Position numbers and translations under genes: made by a program. A stretch of 64,000 nt of DNA from Terriglobia bacterium (GTDB lineage Bacteria; Acidobacteriota; Terriglobia; 2-12-FULL-54-10). Position 1 is the first letter of the stretch. Each line of letters opens with the position of its first letter. The notes beneath the pieces were generated by a model. It did not search any database and was not told the origin of the DNA. It saw only the letters and a program-made list of their open reading frames with translations. This document shows positions 1 to 10,064 of this stretch, in pieces. The DNA lies in NCBI GenBank assembly GCA_963666975.2, contig CAXVYR010000002.1, positions 192,001-256,000 of the forward strand, read 5' to 3'.

Positions 1-1
1 A

Positions 2-181
2 ATCCTCGGCGCCCATATGATCGGCCCCATGGTTACGGAGATGATCGCCGAGGTCGCCCTGGGCATGCGCCTGGAAGTAACGGTGGAGGACATTATGTAC
101 ACAGTCCACGCCCATCCCACACTTTCCGAGGCATTGATGGACGCGGCCAATTCGGTCCATTCCCTGACAATCAATGCCTGA
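2..181 (+). CDS. lpdA: dihydrolipoamide dehydrogenase, C-terminal part (runs off window start)
   Basis: Manual translation ILGAHMIGPMVTEMIAEVALGM...VHAHPTLSEA contains the HPTLSE catalytic motif; lies upstream of lipB and an E2 gene. Confidence 0.92.
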   Translation: MLGAHMIGPMVTEMIAEVALGMRLEVTVEDIMYTVHAHPTLSEALMDAANSVHSLTINA

Positions 182-199
182 GCAGTAACAGGACTTTTA

Positions 200-991
200 T
201 TGCGCCGCGGCGCGGAGTTTCCGGTGAGGACAGTAACCGAAGAAGCGAGTGGAGTTTCCGGCCTGATTCAGGAAAAGGTTCAAGATAAGGTCCAGGGAAA
301 AGTGTCCCGGCTGCGGATCGCGGACTGCCAAGTATATTATTTAGGGAAGTTGTCCTACCGGCGCGCATGGGAGCTGCAGCGCGCCCTGGTCGCCCGTCGC
401 AAGGCGGGCGAGATACCGGATACGCTGCTGCTTCTGGAGCACCCTCCGGTCATCACTCTGGGACGCAACGGGCACAGGCGGCATCTGTTGAGTTCGCCGG
501 AGACGCTCCAGGAGCAGGGCATCGAGTTTGTTGAAACAGACCGCGGCGGAGACATCACCTACCACGGACCCGGCCAACTGGTGGGCTATCCCATCCTGGA
601 CCTCAGCGCTATTCGCAAGGATGTGGTCTGGTATGTGCGGACTCTGGAAGAGGTTCTCATCCGCGCGGCGGCGGATTTCGGAATACGCGCTGGACGCAGG
701 GAAAAGCTGACTGGCGCGTGGGTGGACGGTTGCAAGCTGGCAGCCATTGGGGTGCGCATCAGCCGCTGGATTACCTCCCACGGGTTTGCATTGAATGTGG
801 AGACGGACCTCGGCTCCTTCCGGCATATTGTCCCCTGCGGAATCACCGCCTGTCCGGTGACCTCATTCCGCGAATTGCTGGGCAACCTCGCGGACCTCGG
901 ACAGGTTAGGGAGCGCGTAACGCAGCATATGGGCGAACTGTTTGGACTCAGAATGCAGGCGGCTGCGCCGGAGCAGTTGCAGCGTTTTTGA
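200..991 (+). CDS. lipB: lipoyl(octanoyl) transferase LipB (true start may be downstream)
   Basis: LLLEHPPVITLG, DRGGDITYHGPGQLVGYPI, KLAAIG, SHGFALN and IVPCG motifs. Confidence 0.95.
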   Translation: MRRGAEFPVRTVTEEASGVSGLIQEKVQDKVQGKVSRLRIADCQVYYLGKLSYRRAWELQRALVARRKAGEIPDTLLLLEHPPVITLGRNGHRRHLLSSPETLQEQGIEFVETDRGGDITYHGPGQLVGYPILDLSAIRKDVVWYVRTLEEVLIRAAADFGIRAGRREKLTGAWVDGCKLAAIGVRISRWITSHGFALNVETDLGSFRHIVPCGITACPVTSFRELLGNLADLGQVRERVTQHMGELFGLRMQAAAPEQLQRF

Positions 992-1030
992 GAAAGTGGT
1001 TTTCCGCGACAGAGAGGAAGGGAGAACAGC

Positions 1031-2317
1031 ATGCCGACCGATGTGCGGATGCCCCAAATGGGCGAGAGCATTTCCGAAGGAACCGTGACCCGCTGGCTCA
1101 AGAAGGTGGGAGAGACGGTGGAGAAGGACGAGCCACTGTTTGAAATCTCGACCGACAAGGTGGACGCGGAAATTCCCTCTCCGGAGGCCGGCACCCTCAT
1201 TCAGGTCATGGCCGCCGAAGGGCAGACGGTGGCGGTCCATAGTGTTGTGGCACAGATTCAGTCCGGTAAGGAAGACGGAAGCGCTTCCCAGCCCGGGGCT
1301 GCTTCCAAACCAGGCCCCGTCCCGGTTGTTCGAGAGACACCGGTGCGCGACCGCGAGGAAACCGCTGTGCAGGAGCCATCCCGGCCAGAGCCTAAGCGGC
1401 CAGAAGCTGGACAAACGGCGGCAAAAGAAAGCGCCGCGCCGGTCCGCAGCTCTCCGTTGGTGAAGAAAATGGCGGCGGAACACAACGTGGACCTGACCCA
1501 TGTGAAAGGGAGCGGCTCGGGAGGAAGGGTCACCAAGGAAGACCTGCTCGCCTACGTCGAAGCCCGCAAGGCGGCGCCTCCGGCCCCGGCTCCGGCTTCA
1601 GTCCCAGCCGCGGCGGCCTCTTCCGGTCGCGTAGAGACCGTTCCGATGAGCACCATGCGGAAAAGGATCGCCGGGCATATGGTGCTGAGCCGCCGAACCT
1701 CGGCGCACGTCACCACGGTCTTTACGGTGGATGTGACGCGGGTGGTGGGACTCTATCAGCGGGAGAAAGGACGGTTCACCAGCCAGGAGAACACCAAGCT
1801 CAGCTTTACACCGTTTTTCGTCCGTGCGGCGATTGACGCCTTGAAGCGGTTCCCCATCGTCAACAGCTCCGTCTCGGGCGAGGACATTCTGTACAAGAAA
1901 GACATTCACATGGGCATCGCCGTGGCTCTGGACTGGGGCCTGATCGTCCCGGTGATCCACCATGCCGACGAAAAAAGTTTTCTGGGGCTGGCGCGCGCCG
2001 TCAATGACCTGGCCGACCGCGCCCGCCGCAAGAAGCTTTCTCCCGCCGAGGTGCAGGGCGGAACCTTTACCATCACCAATCCGGGCGCGCTCGGAAGCCT
2101 GTTTGCGACGCCCATCATCAATCAGCCGCAGGTGGCCATCATGGGCGTGGGCGGGGTCAACAAAACGCCGGTCGTCATCAACGACGCCATCGCCATTCGC
2201 TCGGTCGTGTACCTGTCGCTCAGCTACGACCACCGAGTGATCGACGGGTTCGTTGCCGACGAGTTTATGGCTTCGGTGAAAAGCTATTTGGAGAACTGGG
2301 AAGAGAGCTTGCTTTAG
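1031..2317 (+). CDS. sucB: 2-oxoacid dehydrogenase E2, dihydrolipoamide acyltransferase (SucB-like)
   Basis: Lipoyl domain (STDKV), E3-binding domain (GSGSGGRVTKED), catalytic DHRVIDG; substrate specificity not certain. Confidence 0.85.
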   Translation: MPTDVRMPQMGESISEGTVTRWLKKVGETVEKDEPLFEISTDKVDAEIPSPEAGTLIQVMAAEGQTVAVHSVVAQIQSGKEDGSASQPGAASKPGPVPVVRETPVRDREETAVQEPSRPEPKRPEAGQTAAKESAAPVRSSPLVKKMAAEHNVDLTHVKGSGSGGRVTKEDLLAYVEARKAAPPAPAPASVPAAAASSGRVETVPMSTMRKRIAGHMVLSRRTSAHVTTVFTVDVTRVVGLYQREKGRFTSQENTKLSFTPFFVRAAIDALKRFPIVNSSVSGEDILYKKDIHMGIAVALDWGLIVPVIHHADEKSFLGLARAVNDLADRARRKKLSPAEVQGGTFTITNPGALGSLFATPIINQPQVAIMGVGGVNKTPVVINDAIAIRSVVYLSLSYDHRVIDGFVADEFMASVKSYLENWEESLL

Positions 2318-3244
2318 TCAGGAAATTCGATCCGCGATCCTTGCCACCGCCACCATCTGGCGGACGTCGTGAACGCGCACGATATGCGCGCCGTTTAGAA
2401 TGGCTGCCGTTACCGCTGCCGCCGTTGCGAACGCCATTGCGAACAACGATTCTTCCGACACAGAATATTCCGCCTTCCTGTTATGACGAAAACTCTTAGG
2501 CTGGGATTGAGTCCCGGACAAGTCTGACAAGGCCCATCGGAGAAACGATTTTCTCGATGGGCCGGCCAGGATGGGATATCCAAGGCGTGTCAAATTCGGC
2601 AGGCCTTTCAGGATTTCAAAATTCTGACCGGCATTCTTCCCGAACCCAATTCCAGGATCGATGACAATCTGCCGTTTCTTGATTCCCGCGTTGCGTGCCC
2701 GGCCAATGGTGGCAGCGAGCCCCCGGCAGATGGCGGGGAGGAGCTGCTTTACCGGAGGAAGCTTCTGCATGGTGCGAGGCGTGCCGCGCAGATGCATCAG
2801 CACCACTGCCGCCTGATGTCGCCGCACAACCTCGGCCAGTTCAGAATCATAGCGCAGGCCGCTCACATCGTTGACGATCTCCGCGCCGGCACGGAGCGCA
2901 CGGTCCGCGACCATGGCCTTGGTAGTGTCGATCGAAATCGGAATCCGAAGCCCTTTGCGGCGGAGGGCTTCGATGACGGGGATGGCGCGGTCAAGCTCCT
3001 CGGCTGCCTCGACCGGCTGAGCGCCCGGTCTGGTGGATTCTCCGCCGATGTCCAGCAAGTCGGCGCCTTCTCGTTCAATCTCAAGTCCCCGGGCGACGGC
3101 GGCCCGGCGGTCAAAATAAATGCCCCGGTCGGAAAAAGAGTCCGGCGTGACATTGAGAATGCCCATCACCAGGGTGTGTCTTCCCAAGGCCAAGGTTCGG
3201 CGGGGCAGTTGCAGCAAAAAGGGCTTGCGGTGTTGAAGAGACAA
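2318..3244 (-). CDS. folP: dihydropteroate synthase
   Basis: MGILNVTPDSFSD, GGESTRPG, IDPGIGFGK, SRKSF, RVHDV. Confidence 0.96.
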   Translation of the reverse strand: MSLQHRKPFLLQLPRRTLALGRHTLVMGILNVTPDSFSDRGIYFDRRAAVARGLEIEREGADLLDIGGESTRPGAQPVEAAEELDRAIPVIEALRRKGLRIPISIDTTKAMVADRALRAGAEIVNDVSGLRYDSELAEVVRRHQAAVVLMHLRGTPRTMQKLPPVKQLLPAICRGLAATIGRARNAGIKKRQIVIDPGIGFGKNAGQNFEILKGLPNLTRLGYPILAGPSRKSFLRWALSDLSGTQSQPKSFRHNRKAEYSVSEESLFAMAFATAAAVTAAILNGAHIVRVHDVRQMVAVARIADRIS

Positions 3245-3274
3245 TTCGGAGAGTGAACTCTTAAGCCGGCAAAC

Positions 3275-5203
3275 TTAAGCGGGAGCCGGTTTCTCGCCCT
3301 CGGCCAAGCCTGGCGGCTTCCCCGGGGCACGCACGGGACCCGGCTTGAGAACCTGTTGCGTCTGGTCCTCATCGTCGGGGGGCTTCTCCACGGCAGCAGG
3401 CTTAACCGGCAGCGGTTCCCTTTTGATGAGCATCTTGACATCATTAGCGTCCAGAATTTCCCGTTCCAGCAGCGCCTCGGCAATCCGGATCAGCTCCTCC
3501 CGATTTCCCGTCAAGATGGACTTTGCCGTCTGGTAGCCTTGATCGACCAGCCGCTTGACTTCCTGATCGATGCGAATGGCCGTATCCTCGCTGAAGTCGC
3601 GGTGCTGGGCAATCTCGCGTCCAAGGAAGATCTGCTCTTCTTTCTTGCCGAAAGTCAGCGGTCCCAGATTGCTCATGCCCCATTCGCAGACCATCTTGCG
3701 CGCCAGCGAGGTAGCCTGATCCAGGTCGTTGCCAGCGCCGGTGGTTTGGTGGTTGAAGAAAATTTCCTCGGCCAGCCGCCCGCCCATCATGACGGCGAGC
3801 TGGCTATCCAGGTACTCTTTTGTGTAGGTGTGCTTGTCGTCGACCGGCAACTGCATGGTCACGCCCAAAGCCAAGCCACGCGGAATGATGGTTACCTTGT
3901 GTATAGGGTCGGCATGGGGCACGATAACGGCTACCAGCGCGTGGCCCGCCTCATGAAAAGCGGTGTTTTTCTTTTCCTCTTCGCTGATGATGAGCGACCG
4001 CCGCTCGGCTCCCATCAGGACCTTATCCTTGGCTGTCTCGAAATCGACCATCGCGACCGATTTATGGTTCGGGCGAGCAGCAAGGAGGGCCGCTTCGTTG
4101 ACCACGTTCGCCAAGTCGGCCCCGGAAAACCCAGGGGTGCCGCGAGCAATCACCGACAACTCCACGTCCTCGCCCAGGGGAATCTTTTTGGTATGAACCT
4201 GAAGAATGCCCAGGCGGCCATTCACGTCGGGTCTCGGGACCACCACGCGGCGGTCAAAACGGCCCGGCCGCAGCAGGGCAGGGTCCAGAACGTCGGGCCG
4301 GTTCGTAGCGGCAACCAGAATGACGCCCTCGTTGGACTCGAAGCCGTCCATCTCCACCAGCAACTGGTTCAAGGTCTGTTCCCGCTCGTCATGTCCGCCG
4401 CCCAGCCCGGCGCCGCGATGGCGTCCCACGGCGTCGATTTCATCGATGAAGATGATGCAGGGCGCATTTTTCTTGCCTTGATCGAAGAGGTCTCGCACCC
4501 GGCTGGCGCCCACTCCGACGAACATCTCCACGAAATCAGAGCCGCTGATGGAGAAGAAAGGACAATTGGCCTCCCCGGCAATCGCGCGCGCCAGCAGCGT
4601 CTTGCCGGTTCCCGGCGCGCCCATCAGGATGACACCTTTGGGAATCCGTCCGCCCAGCTTTTGGAATCTTTGGGGGTCCCGCAGAAACTCGATGATCTCC
4701 TGGAGTTCCTCTTTAGCCTCGTCCACTCCGGCCACGTCTTTGAAGGTGATTTTCTTCTGCTGCTTCGAGAGCAGGCGGGCGCGGCTTTTGCCGAACGACA
4801 GGGCTTTATTGCCTCCCGTTTGCATCTGCCGCATCATGAATATCCAGAATCCGATTAAGAGCAGGAAGGGGGAAGCGTTCACGAGGATGCTGACCCAGGA
4901 GCTGCTGGAGCTTTCCTTGACGTTGATCACCACGCCTTTTTCGCGGAGGATGGAAATCAAATCGGGATAGTCGTTGGGGACCACCGTTTTCATGCGGCTA
5001 TTGTCCGTCTTGAACCGGCCCTGCACCTCATTGTTGCCGTAGAGAGTAATCTCCGAGATGTTTCCCTCTTCCACGTTGCTCATGAAGTCCGTGAAGGAAA
5101 GCTCGTTCTCGGCAGGACTCCCTGATTTAACAAATTGCCAAAGCAGAAGGGCAGTGGCCAGCATGACAGCCCAGAACACAATTGTTTTTGCCGTCGAGTT
5201 CAC
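3275..5203 (-). CDS. ftsH: ATP-dependent zinc metalloprotease FtsH
   Basis: Two N-terminal TM helices, GAPGTGKT Walker A, IFIDEID, HEAGH. Confidence 0.98.
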   Translation of the reverse strand: MNSTAKTIVFWAVMLATALLLWQFVKSGSPAENELSFTDFMSNVEEGNISEITLYGNNEVQGRFKTDNSRMKTVVPNDYPDLISILREKGVVINVKESSSSSWVSILVNASPFLLLIGFWIFMMRQMQTGGNKALSFGKSRARLLSKQQKKITFKDVAGVDEAKEELQEIIEFLRDPQRFQKLGGRIPKGVILMGAPGTGKTLLARAIAGEANCPFFSISGSDFVEMFVGVGASRVRDLFDQGKKNAPCIIFIDEIDAVGRHRGAGLGGGHDEREQTLNQLLVEMDGFESNEGVILVAATNRPDVLDPALLRPGRFDRRVVVPRPDVNGRLGILQVHTKKIPLGEDVELSVIARGTPGFSGADLANVVNEAALLAARPNHKSVAMVDFETAKDKVLMGAERRSLIISEEEKKNTAFHEAGHALVAVIVPHADPIHKVTIIPRGLALGVTMQLPVDDKHTYTKEYLDSQLAVMMGGRLAEEIFFNHQTTGAGNDLDQATSLARKMVCEWGMSNLGPLTFGKKEEQIFLGREIAQHRDFSEDTAIRIDQEVKRLVDQGYQTAKSILTGNREELIRIAEALLEREILDANDVKMLIKREPLPVKPAAVEKPPDDEDQTQQVLKPGPVRAPGKPPGLAEGEKPAPA

Positions 5204-5221
5204 TCTTTTTCCTTGCCTTCC

Positions 5222-5770
5222 TTAATTGCTTGTTCCCTGTCTTTTTTCGTCACGGTCTGCCGCAGGAGAGTCTAATGCTATGTAGGGAAGGTTGCGGTAC
5301 AGGCCGTCTTTTCCCAATCCATATCCGACCAAATGCGAACCGTCCCACGGAAATCCCGAATAATCCACGCTGAAAGGCAGATGCCGCATGTCTTCTCTGT
5401 TGATCAGGGCAGCCGTCCGCAGCGACTTGGGCTCCTTCAGCAAAAGCTGTTGCACCAAATGATCGAGAGTAATCCCGCTTTCCACTATGGCGTCGACCAG
5501 AAGAAGGTTCTTTCCCCGTACTTGCTCCATCGGGCTGTAGACGACGTTCCGGCGCGGACGCCCTCCCTCCACCGTGTCGATAGCCTCCACCTTAAGGAAA
5601 TGACAAATCACAGGGCAAGTCAAATGTTTTACCAGGTCGGTCAAAAACATAAAGCCGTTGTCTAAAATGCCGACTGCCTCGACCACTTCCTCGCCGTAAT
5701 CGCTGGAAATATCTCCAGCCATCTGGCGGACTCGCTGCTGGATTTTTTCTTCCGAAAAAGCTACCTCCAC
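5222..5770 (-). CDS. hpt: hypoxanthine phosphoribosyltransferase-like protein with degenerate motifs
   Basis: tilS-hpt-ftsH-folP synteny; PRT-fold motifs LLLVDAIVESGITL, VGYGL, YRNLPYI. Confidence 0.8.
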   Translation of the reverse strand: MEVAFSEEKIQQRVRQMAGDISSDYGEEVVEAVGILDNGFMFLTDLVKHLTCPVICHFLKVEAIDTVEGGRPRRNVVYSPMEQVRGKNLLLVDAIVESGITLDHLVQQLLLKEPKSLRTAALINREDMRHLPFSVDYSGFPWDGSHLVGYGLGKDGLYRNLPYIALDSPAADRDEKRQGTSN

Positions 5771-5783
5771 TGTTTCCCTCCGG

Positions 5784-7298
5784 TCACAGATGGCTTTCCT
5801 GGATGAGAATGGCCTGCCTGCTCTGCCGACGGGGAGAAAATCCTTCCGCTACCTCCAGGCCACGGGTCCAAACAATTTCGTTCCCGCACAGAAGCACCGG
5901 CCATCCTTGCCGCTCGCTCCGAGGAACGCGCAATCTTTGAAATAGCTCTTTTAGCTTTCTCCGTCGCTGATGTCCCTTTTGCCTGTAGCTGTCTCCCGGC
6001 TGCCAGCTTCGCAATGTCAAAGGATTCTCCGCAATTCCGGCGTCCAGCAACTCTCCGCCTCTCCTATTATACCGCGCTTCGCCTGCTCCCCAAGGCACTA
6101 ATTTGAATGCAAATAAGGCATTAATTTCAGGGACGTCCAATTGGCTGGGAATGCGGATTCGGCGGGAGAATTTTTGCGGCATGGGGTTCGGACTGTCCTC
6201 ATGCTCGCCGCTTGCACACTCACTGTTTGCACGCTCATTCTTTGCGCACTCACTGTTTGTACACTCAATGAACAGATGTGAAAATTCTTTTCTTGCGACC
6301 ATTCTTAAGGGCAGGGACAGAACCCTGCCGCTTTGCCCCGTGCAAGCAAATCGGAGGAGCTGCTCGATTTGTACGGAATCGAAAGGAAGGGTTTTGCTCC
6401 GTTTCCGGCCGGAGTTTCCGGCGGAATCATTCTTTGAGGAGCGATGATCCATTTGAGCAACGGCGCCGGTAGCCCAGCGCAGAACACGCCGGGCCACTGC
6501 CGGCGGAGCTTTCCGGATTCGCTCAATGTCGATTTGGAGTTTTCCCTCGACCCATCGCGTGCTCTGCAGCAGAATCGGCTCCAGGTAATCCCGCCAAAAG
6601 GCCTCCTCGTCACGGGCAATTCCGGCGTTGGACGCCAAGGTCTCCACGATTCGCGGGTTGAACTGCGACAACAGGGGCAACAACTGGCGGCGGATGCGGT
6701 TGCGGGTATAGCGAAGGTCCTGATTGCTCGAGTCCTCCCGCCATGGTTTCTGCTGTATCTTCAGCCAGTCCAAAAGGGCGCTGCGGCGCACGTCAAAAAG
6801 AGGCCGGATGATTTTGCCTTCCACTACAGGATAGGCGCCGGCCAGTCCGCGCGTGCCTGCGCCGCGCAGCAGGCGGTGCAGCACCGTTTCCGCCTGATCG
6901 TCGGCGGTATGTCCCACTGCTACCCGGTCCGTCTTCCCGGTTTCGGTCAGCGAAAACAGGAAGCCATAACGCAGCTCGCGGGCCTTTCCTTCCAGATTGG
7001 CTCCGGCAGAGCGGGCGGCGCGCCGGACATCGGCGTGTTCTAAATAGAAAGGCACTTGCAGGCGCTCAGCCAGGCGGCGAACGAACTGCTCGTCTCCGTC
7101 AGACTCCTCCCCCCGCAAGCGGTGATTGAAGTGGCAGACCGAAAGAGTGCAACCCAGATGAGGAGACATCTCCTGCAGAATCCAAGCCAGTGCAGTGGAA
7201 TCCGGCCCCCCCGAGCAGGCCACCGAGACGCGCTGGCCGGGAGAAATCATGCCAAACCGCAGGATCGTTTCCAGAACTTGTTTCCGTATGGCTTTCAT
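5784..7298 (-). CDS. tilS: tRNA(Ile)-lysidine synthase
   Basis: SGGPDS PP-loop, HFNHRLRG, GHTADDQAET, RNRIR, TilS C-terminal domain; start taken at MKAIRK. Confidence 0.96.
   Translation of the reverse strand: MKAIRKQVLETILRFGMISPGQRVSVACSGGPDSTALAWILQEMSPHLGCTLSVCHFNHRLRGEESDGDEQFVRRLAERLQVPFYLEHADVRRAARSAGANLEGKARELRYGFLFSLTETGKTDRVAVGHTADDQAETVLHRLLRGAGTRGLAGAYPVVEGKIIRPLFDVRRSALLDWLKIQQKPWREDSSNQDLRYTRNRIRRQLLPLLSQFNPRIVETLASNAGIARDEEAFWRDYLEPILLQSTRWVEGKLQIDIERIRKAPPAVARRVLRWATGAVAQMDHRSSKNDSAGNSGRKRSKTLPFDSVQIEQLLRFACTGQSGRVLSLPLRMVARKEFSHLFIECTNSECAKNERANSECASGEHEDSPNPMPQKFSRRIRIPSQLDVPEINALFAFKLVPWGAGEARYNRRGGELLDAGIAENPLTLRSWQPGDSYRQKGHQRRRKLKELFQRLRVPRSERQGWPVLLCGNEIVWTRGLEVAEGFSPRRQSRQAILIQESHL
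6213..6270. repeat. in-frame 15-bp tandem repeat (about 4 copies) inside tilS
   Basis: tgcacactcactgtt/tgcacgctcattctt/tgcgcactcactgtt/tgtacactcaatg, encoding ECTNS-ECAKN-ERANS-ECAS. Confidence 0.75.
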
Positions 7299-7451
7299 AA
7301 TCCCCCGGCCGGAGCCTGCCGGCTGCACAGAGCATGCATACGCTGCATCCGCTGTTTATTATCCGTCAGAACCGGTTGTAGGGAAGGGAAGAATTCAGTG
7401 GAAGGGTTGAAGCGTTGAAGCGGCAAGGGATGAATTCTTTCGCAAGCGCGC

Positions 7452-7634
7452 TTAAGAACGGAAGAAAAGTGCAACTGCAAGTCCGGCGATCAAGCCCATC
7501 GCAGCAGCGTACAAGGCAGCTTTCTTGAGCAGCTCCAGCCAGATGTTGCCCATGCGCTTGTTGAAATCGCTGTCACGTTGAGCGATACCTTCCACTCTCG
7601 TGCTCAGTTCGCTGTCCGGTAGGGTGTTTTGCAA
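7452..7634 (-). CDS. small hypothetical membrane protein (about 60 aa)
   Basis: GAGGA RBS upstream of a TTG; C-terminal hydrophobic helix AALYAAAMGLIAGLAVALFF; the longer ORF-track version starts inside IS256. Confidence 0.45.
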   Translation of the reverse strand: MQNTLPDSELSTRVEGIAQRDSDFNKRMGNIWLELLKKAALYAAAMGLIAGLAVALFFRS

Positions 7635-7729
7635 TCCGATATCCTCTTTGCTCTTTGATGGGGCCCCTCGAGATGTCCTCGCCGGGATTTCGTTACCGAA
7701 ACCGCACTGAAAGAAAGGCCGCACAAATC

Positions 7730-9178
7730 GAGGGTGTCCCATACATAGTTGAAGGTTGAACGGCGGTTCGGCCCGAATCGAATAGAATCGGGCCAAGCCT
7801 AAATCCTATAGAAGGAGAACCGCCGAATGAAGGGAAAATATCACGTTTTGGAACTGGGTTCCAAGGGAGCCGAAGAAACCATCCAGAAGTTTTGCCAAAC
7901 CAACGGACAGATGCTGTTGCCGGTGGTGGATCTGATCACGGAGGCGCGTCTGGCGGTGGATGAGGTGATTGATCGGGCCGGGCGAGGTTTGATTGAAACG
8001 ATTCTGAGCATGAGCGCAGAGCAAATCGCGGGGCCAAAGAGTCCCGGGAAGGCGAGCGGAGAGGTGCGCTGGCATGGCCGGCAATTGGGGAGGGTGAAAC
8101 TGGCCGATCGCCAGCTGCGGGTGGAGCGGCCCCGGCTGCGCCGGAAGGGCGGAGGGGAAGAAGCGGTGCCGGCCTACGAAGCACTGCGGAAAAGCGAGAA
8201 GACGGGCGAGGAGATGTTCGAGGCACTGTTGAAAGGGGTTTCGACGCGGAACTACCGCGAGGTGATCCCGGAGATGGCCAACAGCGCTGGGGTGTCGAAG
8301 TCTCAGGTGAGCCGGGAAGCGGCCGAGCAAGGAGCGCGGCGGCTGGAAGAACTGTTGGCGCGGCGCTGGGAGGAGGTCGAGATTCTGGTGATTTACCTGG
8401 ACGGAATGCGGTTCGGCTCCCACCACGTCATCAGCGCCGTGGGCGTGGACAGCGAGGGCCGCAAGCATGTGCTGGGGATTCAACTGGGCGCGACCGAAAA
8501 CGCCGCTGCGGTGAAAGACCTTCTCACCCGCCTGCGCCAGCAAGGTTTGCGCACGGATCAGCGCTATCTGTTTGTGATCGACGGCGCCAAAGCGCTCCGC
8601 GCGGGGATCGAGGAAGTATTCGGCAGCAATCAGCTGGTGCAGCGTTGCCGTACTCATAAGCTGCGCAACGTGGCTGAGCGGTTACCAAAGGGCGACAAAA
8701 TGCTGGCGAATCAGGTGCGGTCGCTGATGCGCGCCGCCTGGCGATTGCCCCAAGCCGAGGAAGGCATCGTGCGCATAAAAAAGCTCGCTGGGATGATCGA
8801 GTGCGATCATCCGGCAGCAGCCGCCAGCTTGCGCGAAGGGTTGGAGGAGACCTTTACGATCAATCGAGCCGACGTTCCTCCCAGCCTCCACCGCTGCCTG
8901 GCAACCACGAACCTCATCGAGAGCCCGCAGTCGGGCGTGCGGAAAAAGACTGGCAATGTTTGCCGCTGGCGCGACGGCGAGATGACGTTGCGCTGGGTGG
9001 CAGGAGCGTTTCTGCTGACCGAGAAGAATTTCCGGAAGATCATGGGTTATCACGATCTCTGGGCTTTGGCATCGATTCTCGGCCGAAGTCCAAACGCTGC
9101 TTCCTCTCACAAGGAGAAAGTGGCGTAATATGAACTCAACCCGCCGTCCCAACCTGCAACTGAGTTTGGGACACCTTC
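7730..9178 (+). mobile_element. IS256-family insertion sequence
   Basis: Imperfect TIRs gagggtgtcccatacatagttgaaggttg / rc gaaggtgtcccaaactcagttgcaggttg; 8-bp TSD cacaaatc at 7722-7729 and 9179-9186. Confidence 0.95.
7827..9128 (+). CDS. IS256-family (Mutator-like) DDE transposase
   Basis: GVSTR, YLDG, VIDGAKAL, QRCRTHKLRN, TTNLIES motifs. Confidence 0.95.
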   Translation: MKGKYHVLELGSKGAEETIQKFCQTNGQMLLPVVDLITEARLAVDEVIDRAGRGLIETILSMSAEQIAGPKSPGKASGEVRWHGRQLGRVKLADRQLRVERPRLRRKGGGEEAVPAYEALRKSEKTGEEMFEALLKGVSTRNYREVIPEMANSAGVSKSQVSREAAEQGARRLEELLARRWEEVEILVIYLDGMRFGSHHVISAVGVDSEGRKHVLGIQLGATENAAAVKDLLTRLRQQGLRTDQRYLFVIDGAKALRAGIEEVFGSNQLVQRCRTHKLRNVAERLPKGDKMLANQVRSLMRAAWRLPQAEEGIVRIKKLAGMIECDHPAAAASLREGLEETFTINRADVPPSLHRCLATTNLIESPQSGVRKKTGNVCRWRDGEMTLRWVAGAFLLTEKNFRKIMGYHDLWALASILGRSPNAASSHKEKVA

Positions 9179-9494
9179 CACAAATCCTACTACAATAAGG
9201 AGTAATCTCTCAGCGGACTGCAGGCGTTTTTAGTAATTTACATTCGTTACCCAAATGATACAAAGACCATTCCGTATTGCGGTCAGTATCCCGATTGTTA
9301 CCCTGCGCCTCGGAGGTGTCACATGAGCAGAGAGTTTTTTACGATGGAAACGGCAGCAAGAACGTGTAGGCTATAAAGGAGCAAGCCGGCTGCGACATTC
9401 TGCGATCAAGAGCTAATTATCTGTTTAGCAAGGAGTTAAGGCGAGCCGGCCACAGCAAGAGGGGGCCGGTTTGGGCAAGAGAATGGGGTGAGTT

Positions 9495-9950
9495 ATGGTG
9501 GTGATCGTTTGCACGCTGTTGGCCGTGGGAGCCATCGGCTTTACGTTGCTGGTGCGGGAGCGCGACATACCGCCCGCACCCGTTGAGAACCCCGAATTGA
9601 AACATCTGGGGAAGCGACGGCAGGTACTCTACGAGAATTTAAAGGACCTTCAGTTCGAGTATCACCAAGGGAAACTTTCCGACGAAGATTACCAGTCGCT
9701 CAAAGGGGGATTTCTGTACGATCTAGCGGCGGTGATGGACGCCATCGAACGCTTGCAGCCTGCTCAGGGGAAGAAAGATAAAATGAACACCCCTCCTGAG
9801 TTGGCGGCGGCGGAGTTAGCGGCGAAAGATAAATCCAGACCCGAACCCGCCGCCGTCCAGAGCGCAGACCGAATCTGCCCCGCATGCTCGAAAGAAAATT
9901 CCTCTGGCAACCGCTTTTGTGGACACTGCGGAGCAGCACTCATACAATAA
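9495..9950 (+). CDS. membrane-anchored protein with CcmI/CycH-like N-terminus and C-terminal zinc ribbon
   Basis: N-terminal TM helix, LYENLKDLQFEYHQGKLSDEDY motif, CPACx10FCGHCG. Confidence 0.7.
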   Translation: MVVIVCTLLAVGAIGFTLLVRERDIPPAPVENPELKHLGKRRQVLYENLKDLQFEYHQGKLSDEDYQSLKGGFLYDLAAVMDAIERLQPAQGKKDKMNTPPELAAAELAAKDKSRPEPAAVQSADRICPACSKENSSGNRFCGHCGAALIQ

Positions 9951-10064
9951 ATCTTTGGATCCATGCTTGGGATTCATTCTCGGTTTTACAGGCGTCGCTA
10001 TCGCAGGCGGCTCGGCAGCGGATCGGGGAGCCAAGACGGGCGACTTTTGCTGAGGTCTTTATTT

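Noticed and set aside
3356-4858. Long antisense ORFs (also 11469-13181, 22175-23749, 7806-8657, 48395-49324)
   Set aside because: They shadow well-supported genes on the opposite strand, as is typical of GC-rich DNA, and show no motifs
7452-7796. 114-aa ORF as a gene disrupted by IS256
   Set aside because: Its N-terminus derives from the IS end; the reconstructed empty site hits an upstream stop with no convincing start
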